A stretch of DNA of 44,157 nucleotides, filler included, from Jimgerdemannia flammicorona (lineage: Eukaryota), in NCBI GenBank assembly GCA_003990765.1. It is 2 parts of 2 records of this genome, joined end to end, with 100 filler letters (N's around TTAATTAATTAA, not from the genome) between each part and the next. Parts side by side here need not be neighbours in the genome. Positions count along the whole stretch, not along the records: positions 22,132 to 44,157 come from RBNJ01001347.1; 1 more part is not named here. The stretch is one strand, 5' to 3'. The notes beneath the pieces were generated by a model. That model had not been told where the DNA came from, did no database searches, and was given only the letters and a program-made list of their open reading frames with translations. Below, one piece after another: positions 22,474 through 32,535 of the stretch. Position numbers and translations under genes: made by a program. Each line of letters opens with the position of its first letter. Position 1 is the stretch's first letter.

Positions 22474-23973
22474 ATGTCGGCCACCTCCTCCGTCGTCGGC
22501 GATGACGGCAACGCCACCCGTCTCTTCGCGCGCTTCGGCGCCTTGCTCCACTGCGCTGAATATCGTGGCATCAGTCTTCTTTCCCTTGGCTTCGGCAAGG
22601 GTAGCCTTACGGCGATGTGCAGGTCGTGCGGGCATACACGACCAATATCGATGTATTTATCTTCTCTGCATGATGCGGAAGATGACGAGGAGATTGCGAT
22701 CTCGTCCGATTCGGACCACGACGCCCAGCGCGTCAACTATTCTCCCATGCTCCCGCCCCTCAATCGGAACAAGCGTGGTCGCCCGAACACTAGTTTGGGA
22801 ATGACCCCGACGGCCGGTCGTGCGGGCCCCTCAGCCGACCCCGATTTGGTCACGGAGATGGCCGCGATGAGGAAGCAGATCTCGGATCTGCTGACTCAGG
22901 TAGCCGAACTGGCCAAAATCAATGCCCAATTGATGGCACAGCTCGCCGAGAGGTCAGCCGCCCCAACCTCGTTGCTGTACGGTGCTCCTTCGGGAAGTAC
23001 CCCTGCCGCCCCTTCCCCAACCACCCCCCCCAAGTCCCCGGCCCCCCCTCCTACTAGTTCTGCCGCGAACACACGGTCGAAGGCCCAGAAGCGAGCGGAC
23101 AAGCGGGCCGCTAAAGCCGCCACGTCGCAGTCTGGTGCGCCGCCAAAGGAGGCAACTCCCACGGCTGTGCCTCCGGCCGCCAAAGCCGTGCCCCCTAAAA
23201 AGGGCAAGGCCAAGGCCCCCAGGCCAGTGCCCCAGGTTATGCCTGCGGGACCCAGCGCCGCCGGCCCGTCTTCGTCCCCCGCTTCGACCCCCACCCCCCC
23301 CAAATCGTACGCCGCTGCCGCCAAGAAGATTTCTATCAAAGATAGGACCCAGGTGTATCCTGAGATGGAAAGGGCTGCTGCTGCGGCTGCCCTTTCGCGC
23401 ATGACCCGCAAGCTGACCTCTCATTTGTCACCGACTGAGAAGGGCGCTAGGCTGCAGTGCGTTTACGTCGATGGATTTGCCCATCTTAAGATCGGGCAGA
23501 TCCGGAAGAACTTGTACGACGTCCATGTGATGTTGTCAAAAGTTCTCAACATGTCGTACATCTCGGTGTCGACCATCGAATTCCTCCTATGCCCTGATTA
23601 TGTCATGGCGTTCCAAAAGAAGATGAAGGTGCTGGGGATCTCGGTGCTGATGGCCTGGGACCCTGCGCTCACCCGAAACAAGAACGCCACGGAGGCCGTG
23701 AAGACACAGGTACTCCAATCCTTCCATCCTCGGGTCTGGCAGTTGGCAGGCGAAGCCACTGTGAAGAGGCCCGAGGTGCAGACCTTCTACCGAGCGTGGG
23801 CCGCGGAACTCGGCCTCACCCTCTCCTCCTCTGCCCCCCCATTGGCCGGCCCCGCTTCGAAGGCGGGTGGTTCTGTGGCCATAATGGGTGAAATGGTGAT
23901 GGATTTGGAAGCTGAAGCTTCCTCCTCAGGTACTTCCCACGCTGTTGGCGCTAACGCGCCCGGCCCACAATGA
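22474..23973 (+). CDS. Telomeric element ORF1 (499 aa, intact in copy 1)
   Basis: First ATG at 22474. N-terminal CxxC..CxxC (consensus CAEC...CRSC), heptad segment EMAAMRKQISDLLTQVAELAKINAQLMAQL, P/A/S/K-rich linker with SYAAAAK, globular C-terminal domain (VYVDGF...NMSYIS..TIEFLL). Confidence 0.85.
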   Translation: MSATSSVVGDDGNATRLFARFGALLHCAEYRGISLLSLGFGKGSLTAMCRSCGHTRPISMYLSSLHDAEDDEEIAISSDSDHDAQRVNYSPMLPPLNRNKRGRPNTSLGMTPTAGRAGPSADPDLVTEMAAMRKQISDLLTQVAELAKINAQLMAQLAERSAAPTSLLYGAPSGSTPAAPSPTTPPKSPAPPPTSSAANTRSKAQKRADKRAAKAATSQSGAPPKEATPTAVPPAAKAVPPKKGKAKAPRPVPQVMPAGPSAAGPSSSPASTPTPPKSYAAAAKKISIKDRTQVYPEMERAAAAAALSRMTRKLTSHLSPTEKGARLQCVYVDGFAHLKIGQIRKNLYDVHVMLSKVLNMSYISVSTIEFLLCPDYVMAFQKKMKVLGISVLMAWDPALTRNKNATEAVKTQVLQSFHPRVWQLAGEATVKRPEVQTFYRAWAAELGLTLSSSAPPLAGPASKAGGSVAIMGEMVMDLEAEASSSGTSHAVGANAPGPQ

Positions 23974-26900
23974 GAGTCGGGTTCCTCAATGCACACGGAC
24001 TACCCCAGGACAAGTTCGATGTGCTCAGTCGGTTGATTGGTCCTACCCTCGACGTTCTTTTCACATGTGAAACATGGCACATCCCGCTGCGTCCCTCTCC
24101 GCTCATTCACATGTCCTCTCCCCCGGTGTCGCACAGAATCGTGCGTCACCAGAATGGTGGTCTCGTGGTCCTCGTGTGAAACCGTTTTGCTCCTCTTATC
24201 TCCGGGTCCTCCGCTGACCCCTTCCATATCTGGCTCATGTTCCAGGACCTGGCTTTGGTTGGGGTTTATGCCCCCCCCTCTCTTCCCATTGGTGGTTTCC
24301 GTGATCTGGTGTCTGGACCCTTTCCGGGTAAGGCCCTTTTGATCGGTGACATCAACACCCGCTTCGGTGCCCGCCTTGGTGACGTCAACTCTGGTCCCTG
24401 TGATCGGATGGATGTCATTGACACCTCCTTGATGACGTGGTTGTTGAACCACCTGACCCCAGTGGCTGGATCCATGCGTGTTGACCACGCGTTCGCCACC
24501 ACGTCCCTCCACGCATCCCTCACATGCTCCACCCCTCCTGTCGCCACCGATCACCCCTCTCTCCTCACCGTCTCCTTTCCCTTCTCCCTCTCGCCGATCG
24601 CTGCCCTGGCTGGCGTCCGCCGTTACTCTGCGAGATACTTGACCGATCCAGTCATCCAAGCCCACCTTCGGGAATCAGCGGATATCGTTTGCGATACCGT
24701 TGTCAGGTCTATTTACTCTGTTAGAGACTATGTTACCGGCTTTCGTTCTGTGGAAGATCGCCAGCAGTTCGTGGATTCCCTTAATGCTCTTTTGACCTCT
24801 GGTCTACAGTCTGTCTGTGAGGACATTCTTGGCTCGTATGACGCAAGAGAAATCAGAGCAGCGCCACTCCCCAGGCGAGACCTTCTCCGCAGTGCATCCT
24901 CGGTCTCTGATGCCATTCGGGGTTTTAAGCGAGTGTACCGCTCCACCCCCCTTGCTCCCCTCTAGTCTCGATCCCCCAATGTCCCGGTATTCGATGATGT
25001 GGTTGCTTACTTTACCACTATCTTCAGCCAGCCGGACGCCTCCCTCCGCCTCGATGACTCTGAAGACATCTTTCCCCTTGGCGTGGGTGCCCTCAGGCTG
25101 CAGTCTTGGTTTGACCAACCTGCGGTTTGGAAGGCTATCCGCAGCTACCCCCTCTCGAAGGCATGTGGTGCCGACTCCTTGCATGTCCGGATCCTCCGGG
25201 TGATGGCAGGCGAGAAGGACGCCCCTTGTAGCCTCTCGAAAGCCCTCTCGTTCTTCTTCCAGATGTGCGTGGTCTGGGGGCTCACTCTCCGCCGCTGGAA
25301 CTCAGCCATCATCACCCCGGTTCTTAAGAAGGAGGAATCGCATACGATCGATGGGTTTCGCCCTATTGCTCTGACCGAAATATTTCGTAGACTCTTCGAG
25401 CGGTGTTTGGAAGGATACGTCAAGAGCCGAAGTGGCCTGACAGAAATGTCGCGCTGCCAAGGCAGCTTCTGAACCCGCTTCTCGTCCCTCTCTCATGTCC
25501 TGTTATCGCACGAGACGTGGGCTAAGGGATGGGGCCGCCGTGTCTTTTTGGACCTCCGGCAGGCGTACAATCGAGTCCCCCTCAAGTGCATTCTTTCCCG
25601 CCTTGAGGCGCGAGGTGCCGATGCGGCCCTCCTTAGCATTATCCGAAGCCTGTTCAACCACTGTTCTTATCAGGTGGTTGTTAATGGCCTCGTCACCCCT
25701 TCGGTCCCCACTGAGCGTGGCCTTTTTCAGGGCTCCCTCCTCTCCCCTTGGCTCTTTGATGTCTTCATTGACCCCCTCGCCACCTCTTTTGACGAACAGT
25801 TCAAAGAGTACGACTTCCCCCTCGGGCTTTTCTTCGCTGATGATATCGCCCTTACCCCCCGCACTGCCGCGGAAGGGCAAAGAATGGTTGATTTCTGTGA
25901 GGACTGGCTTCGGGTGAATGGTATGGAACTCAATCCCAAGAAGTGTGGTTATGTTGGCCCGGCCGACTGTACCGTGCTGATTGGGGGCGAGCCCTGCCCA
26001 CGGCCCACATCTTACGTGTACCTAGGCGTACCGTACACCAACAAAGTGTTTGACTTTGTCAACCTGGCGTTGCAGAATGCGGCTAAAGCGGAACGTACTC
26101 TTGGGTTCTGCCACGCCCGTGGCCCCCTCTGGTCGCCAATGGTCAAGCTGGCCATCCTACGAATATTCATCAGGCCATAGCTGGAGTATGGCCTTCCCCT
26201 TCTACGAGCCTCCTGTCCGGCTACTACCATGGGGCTTCAGGTGTTGAAGCGTCCCGAGCAGGTCTTTGATGACACTGTCACTTGGGCGGTTGGATTTTCC
26301 GGCCGTCCCTTGCTTGGTAGTTCGATTCTCGGCCTCCCTTCCTTCCTTCGTCGTACGTCTGACCTCTGCTGCATGTTCCAAGCCCATCTGGATTAGTGTA
26401 GCAAGTCAGGCAACAACCCCATCGGCCCCCTTAGTGAGCGCTTTATCATGCGTCCTCCGGGTTCTATCATTGACAAGTTCCGGCGATGGACCTCTTGGCT
26501 TGACTTCCTCAACTGGTACTGGGACCTCCGTCCCCAGGTCCGCAAGACTCGCTCGCTCCGCTCCTTCCTCCAGTCCTTTCTTCGGGATCAGTTGCTGCAG
26601 GAATGGGACTCCTCGTCCCAGGCTCTCGTTCGGTACATCACCCCCAAAGGTCGCTTGCGATCGCGGGGCGCCGACCATGTCCTTTCCTTCCCCCCCCGGC
26701 TTGTGTATTCTGCCCTCGCCTGGTGCTATAGCTTCTTTGGCCAACCCCGCCCCTGCCCCTGTGGAAATAAGTTTCATCGTGGCCATCTCCTCAGGTGCGG
26801 TCTTCTCGACGGTTCTTATTCTGCTTTCCGAGGTTCTTCAGACCGAGATGAACAGCTCGACTGGTTTACCGGTGACGAATGGCAGGAGGAACTTCGTATC

Positions 26901-27017
26901 TACCCTCTTCACGCTCTTCACGAGACAGCCTACCACGCTATCGACACCATGTGTAATTCTGGTGGCCACCTCGCGGTCGGGTTCTGCCTGACTGAGATTA
27001 CGAAGATGCTTGGGTGA
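23970..27017 (+). pseudogene. Telomeric element ORF2 (1015 codons): APE endonuclease and RT; five nonsense mutations, no frameshift
   Basis: APE motifs LNAHG, CETWH, GVYAP, GDIN, RVDH, TDH; RT motifs KACGADSL, FRPIALTE, LDLRQAY, GLFQGSLLSP, FADD, YLGV. Stops at 24177, 24963, 25470, 26178 and 26394 are sense codons in the other copies. Confidence 0.93.
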
Positions 27018-27412
27018 TCGAGCGATCGCACATTTTCTTTATTTCTTTCCTTCCCCTCATTCGCCCTGGTTGGTTCCCCCCGTTGTTGAGAGCGCATTGA
27101 ATTATTCATTTCATGCCAGTCGTTTGGTGTTTGGTTGACGATATGGCTCATGTAGTTGGCATCGGGCGAATGTGTACTATATCTTAGCCTTTCTTTTCTT
27201 TGCTTTCTGCATTTATTATCTTTACGGCCATGACTAAATGGTTTTATCCAGCCCATCCCAAGGGTGGTCACCTCTCTGGCTTTTGTTTTGTACTTCTTAG
27301 CTAGTTGTTTACTTCGCTGGCCTTGTTTTGCTTTTCTCATCTTAGGAGTCTTTGTCTTTTGTTGCTCCGATGTACCTTGTCTTCTCTAGAATGAATAAAT
27401 TCTTACTTGAAG

Positions 27413-27440
27413 CCTAACCCTAACCCTAACCCTAACCTAA
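27413..27440 (+). repeat. Interstitial telomeric tract between copies 1 and 2 (28 bp)
   Basis: CCTAACCCTAACCCTAACCCTAACCTAA. Confidence 0.95.
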
Positions 27441-30400
27441 GCCACTCATGTGATTTCCCCATTTGGCTAGACTCGGCTTTACGGCCCGAAGCTATTCCAA
27501 ATTAAGAAAGCAGTCACTTTGATTAGCTAAGCCTCTCATCGGGTATAAATACCCCCCTTTCCTATTATTTTTCGTTGCACAAACAAAGGTCACGTGACCC
27601 GCGTTTCACAATTTCAAACAAACAAACAAACACACCTCCGCCTATTTCGGCAATGTTGGCCACCTCCTCCATCGTCGGTGATGACGGCAACGCCACCTGT
27701 CTCTTCACGTGCTTTGGCGCCTCGCTCCGCTGTGCTGAATGTCACGGCATCGGTCTCCTTTCTCTTGGCTTCGGCGAGGGTAGCCTTACGGCGATGTGCA
27801 GGTCATATGGGGATGCACGACCGATATCGGCGTATTTATCTTCCCTGCGTAATGTGGAAGATGACGAGGAGATTGCGATCTCGTCCGATTCGGACTACAA
27901 CGCCCAGCGCATCAACTATTCTCCCACGCCCCCGCCCCTCAATCGGAACAAGCGTAGTCGCCCGAATACTAGTTTGGGAATGACCCCGACGGCCGGTCGT
28001 GCAGGCCCCTCAGCCGAGCCCAATTTGGTCACGGAGATGACTGTGATGAGGAAGCAGATTTCGGATCTGCTGACTCAGGTAGCCGAACTGGCCAAAATTA
28101 ACGCCCAATTGATGGCGCAGCTTGCCGAGAGGTCAGCCGCCCCAACTTCGTTGCTGTACGGTGCTCCTTCGGGAAGTACCCCTGCCGCCCCTTCCACAAC
28201 CGCCCCCCCCAAGTCCCAGGCCCCCCCTCCTACTGGTCCTGCCGCGAATACGTGGTCGAAGGCCCAGAAGCGAGCAGATAAGCGGGCCGCTAAAGCCGCG
28301 CCCCCTAAAAAGGGCAAGGCCAAGGCCCCCGGACCAGTGCCCCAGGTTACGCCTGCGGGACCCAGCGCCGCTGGCCCATCTTCGTCCCCCGCTTCGACCC
28401 CCACCCCCCCCAAATCGTACGCTGCGACCGCCAAGAAGGTTTCTATCAAAGATAGGACCCAGGCATACCCCGAGACGGAAAGGGCTGCTGCTGTGGCCGC
28501 CCTTTCGCGCATGACCCGCAAGCCGACCTCTCATTTGTCGCCGACTGAGAAGGGCGCTAGGCTGCAGCACGTTTACGTTGATGGATTTGCCCATCTTAAG
28601 ATTGGGCAGATCCAGAAGAACCTGTACGACGTCCATGTAATGCTGTCAAAGGTTCTCAATATGTCATACGTCTCGGCGTCGACCATCGAATTCCTTCTCT
28701 GCCCTGATTATGTCACGGCGTTCCAAAAGAAGATGAAGGCACTTGGGTTCTCAGTCCTTGCGGCCTGGGACCCTGCGCTCCCCCAAACAAGAACGCCACA
28801 GAGGCCGTGAAGACACGAGTACTCCAATCCTTTTACGCTTGGGTCCGGCAGTTGTCAGGCGAAGCCACTGCGAAGAGGCCTGAGGTACAGACCTTCTACC
28901 GAGCTTGGGCCGCGGAACTTGGCCTTACTCTCCCCTCCCTCACCCCCCCAATGGCCGGCCCTGCATCAAAGGCAGGTGGTACTGTTGCCGTGACAGGTGA
29001 GATGGCGATGGATTTGGAAGCCGAAGCTTCCTCCTCTGGTGCTTCCCATGCTGTTGGTGCTAACGCGCCCAGCCCACAATGAGAGTCGGGTTCCTCAATG
29101 CACACGGACTGCCCCAGGACAAGTTTGATGTGCTCAGTCGGCTAATTGGTCCTGCCCTCGACATTCTTTTCGTATGTGAAATGTGGCACATCCCGCTACG
29201 TCCCTCTCCACTCATTCACATGTCCTCCCCTCCGGTGTCGCACAGGATCGTGGGTCACCAGAACGGTGGTCTCGTGGTTCTTGTGTCAAACCATTTCGCC
29301 CCCCTCATTTCCGGGTCCTCCGCCGACCCCTTCCATATCTGGCTCATGTTCCAGGGCCTGGCTTTGGTTGGGGTTTATGCCCCCCCCTCCCTTCCCATTG
29401 TTGGTTTCCGTGATCTGGTGTCTGGACCCTTCCCGGGTAAGGCCCTTTTGATCGGTGACATCAACACCCGCTTCGGTGCCCGCCTTAGTGACGTCAACTC
29501 TGGTCCTCGTGACTGGATGGATGTCGTCGACACCTCCTTGATGACGTGGTCGTTGAACCACCTGACCCCGGTGGCTAGATCCACGTGCGTTGACCACGCG
29601 TTCACCACCGCGTCCCTCCACGCGTCCCTCACATGCTCCACCCCTCCTGTCACTACCGACCACCCCTCCCTCCTCACCGTCTCCTTCCCCTTCTCCCCCT
29701 CGCCGATCGCTGCCCTGGCTGGCGTCCGCCATTACTCTGCGAGATACCTGACTGACCCGGTCATCCAAGCTCACCTTCGGGAATCAGCGGATATCGTTTG
29801 CGATACCGTTGTCAGGTCTATTTACTCTGTTAGGGACCACGTCGCTGGCTTTCGTTCTGTGGAAGATCGCCAGCAGTTCTTGGATTCCCTTGATGCTCTT
29901 TTGACCTCTGGTCTGCAGTCTGTCTGTGAGGAAATTCTTGGCTCGTATGACGCAAGAGAAATCAGAGCAGCGCTGCTCCCCAGGCAAGACCTTCTCCGCA
30001 GTGCATCCTCGGTCTCTGATGCCATTCGTGGTTTTAAGCAAGCGTACCGCTCCACCCCCCTTGCTCCCCTCCAGTCCCGATCTCCCAATGTCCCGGTGTT
30101 CGATGATGTGGTTGCTCATTTCACCACTATCTTCGGCCAGCCGGACGCCTCCCTCTGCCTCGACGACTCTGAAGACGTCTTTCCCCTTGGCGTGGATGCT
30201 CTCGGGCTGCAGTCTTGATTTGACCAACCTGTAGTTTGGAAGGCTATCCACAGCTACCCCCTCTGAAGGCGTGTGGTGCCGAATCCTTGCATGTCCAGAT
30301 CCTTTGGGTGATGGCAGGTGAGAAGAACGCCCCCTGTAGCCTCTCGAAAGCCCTCTCATTCTTCTTCCAGATGTGCATGGTCTGGGGGCTCACTCCCCGC

Positions 30401-32519
30401 CGCTGGAACTCAGCCATCATCACCCCGGTCCCTAAGAAGGAGGAATCGCGTACGATCGATGGGTTTCGCCCTATTGCTCTGACCGAAATATTTCATAGAC
30501 TCTTCGAGCGGTGTTTGGAAGGATACATCAAGAGCCAAAGTGGCCTGACAGAAATGTCGCGCTGCCAAGGCAGCTTCCGAACCCGCTTCTCTTCCCTCTC
30601 TTATGTCCTGTTATCGCACGAGACGTGGGCTAAGGGATGGGGCCGCCATGTCTTTTTGGACCTCCGGCAGGCATACGACCGAGTCCCCCTCAAGTGTATT
30701 CTTTCCCGCCTTAAGGCGCGAGGTGCCGATGTGGCCCTCCTTAGCATTATCCGAAGCCTGTTCAACCGCTGTTCTTATCAGGTGGTTGTTAATGGCCTCG
30801 CCACCCCTTTGATCCCCACTGAGCGTGGCCTTTTCCAGGGCTCCCTCCTCTCCCCTTGGCTCTTTGATGTCTTCATTGACCCCCTCGCCGCCTCCTTTGA
30901 CGAACAGTTCAAGGAGTACGACTTCCCCCTCGGGCTTTTCTTCGCTGATGATATCGCCCTTACCCCCCGCACTGCCGCGGAAGGGCAAAGGATGGTTGAT
31001 TTCTGTGAGGACTGGCTTCGGGTGAATGGTATGGAACTCAATCCCAAGAAGTGTGGTTATGTTGGCCCGGCCGACTATACTGTGCTGATTGGGGGTGAGC
31101 CCTGCCTACGGCCCACCTCTTACGTATACCTAGGCGTTCCGTACACCAACAAAGGGTTTGACTTTGTCGACCTGGCGTTGCTGAATGCGGCTAAAGCGGA
31201 ATGTACTCTTGGGTTCTGCCGTGCCTGTGGTCCCCTCTGGTCGCCAATGGTCAAGCTGGCCATCCTACGAACATTCATCAGGCCTCAGCTGGAGTATGGC
31301 CTTCCCCTTCTACGAGCTTCCTGTCCGGCTACTACCACGGGGCTTCAGGTGTTGAAGCGTCCTGAGCAGATCTTTGATGATGCTGTCGCTTGGGTGGTTG
31401 GATTTTCTGGCCGTCCCTTGCTTGGCAGTTCGATTCTCGGCCTCCCCACCTTCCTTCGTCGTACGTCTGACCTCTGCTGCATGTTCCAAGCCCATCTGGA
31501 TTGGTGTAGCAAGTCGGGCAACAACCCCATCGGCCCCCTTAGCGAGCGCTTTGTCACACGTCCTCCGGGTTCTATCATTGACAAGTTCCGGCGTTGGACC
31601 TCTTGGCTTGACTTCCTCGACTGGTACTGGGACCTTGTCCCCAAGTGCGCAAGACTCGCTCGCTCCACTCCTTCCTCCAGTCCTTCCTTCGAGACCAGTT
31701 GCTGCAGGAATGGGCCTCCTCCTCTCAGGCCCTCATTCGGTATATTACCCCCAAAGGCCGTTTGCGGTCAAGGGGCGCTGATCGTGTCCTCTCCTTCCCC
31801 CCCCGGCTTGTGCGCTCTGCCCTTGCCTGGCGTTATGGCTACTTTGGCCAACTCCGCCCTGCCTCTGTGGAGATAAGTTTCATTGTGGCCATCTCCTCAG
31901 GTGCGGTCTTCTCGACAGTTCGTATTCTGCCTTCCAAGGTTCTTCAGATCGAGATGAACAGCTCGACTGGTTTACCAGTGACGAATGGCAGGAAGAACTT
32001 CACGCCTACCCTCTTCACGCTCTTCACGAGACAGCCTACCATGCCATAGATGCCATGTGTAATTCTGGTGGCCACCTCGCAGTCGGATTTTGTCTGACCG
32101 AGATTACGAAGATGCTTGGGTGATCGAGCGATCGCACATTTTCTTTACCTCCTTCTTTCCCCTCATTTGCCCTGATTGGTTTCCCCCCGTTGTTCAGAAT
32201 ACATTGAGTTATTCATCTCATATCAGTCATTTGGTGTTTGGTTGATGATATGGTTCATGTAGTAGGTGCCGGGCGAATGTGTATTATACCTTAGCCTTCC
32301 TTTTCTTTGCTTTTTACATTTATTATCCCTACGGCCGTGACAAAATGGTTTTATCCAGCCTGTCTATAGAGTGGTCACCTCTCTGGCCTTTGTTTTGTAC
32401 TTCTTAGCTAGTTGTTTACTTCGCTGGCCTTGTTTTGCTTCTCTCATCTTAGGAGTCTTTGTCTTTTGTTGCTCTGATGTATCTTATCTTCTCTACAATG
32501 AATAAATTCTTACTTGAAG
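27441..32519 (+). mobile_element. Telomere-embedded retrotransposon, copy 2 (5079 bp)
   Basis: Same termini as copy 1. ORF1 (27654-29082) has a 69-bp deletion and a frameshift near 28783; ORF2 (29079-~32123) has a stop at 30216 and frameshifts near 30255, 31637 and 31862. Confidence 0.95.
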
Positions 32520-32534
32520 CCTAACCCTAACCCT
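32520..32534 (+). repeat. Interstitial telomeric tract between copies 2 and 3 (15 bp)
   Basis: CCTAACCCTAACCCT. Confidence 0.9.
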
Positions 32535-32535
32535 G

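Larger units (their letters stand above)
22261..27412 (+). mobile_element. Telomere-embedded APE-type non-LTR retrotransposon, copy 1 (distal, 5152 bp)
   Basis: Begins GCCACTCACGTG, ends AATAAATTCTTACTTGAAG followed by CCTAACCC; ORF1, ORF2 and ~395-nt 3' UTR; boundaries defined by alignment of the three copies. Confidence 0.95.

Noticed and set aside
23970..27017. Programmed read-through or an alternative genetic code to explain in-frame stops
   Set aside because: Each stop is private to one copy, is a sense codon in the others, and most fit C-to-T decay.
23970..27017. Telomerase, Penelope/Coprina, group II intron or retron RT
   Set aside because: An N-terminal APE domain, a separate ORF1 and LINE-type RT motifs indicate a non-LTR retrotransposon.
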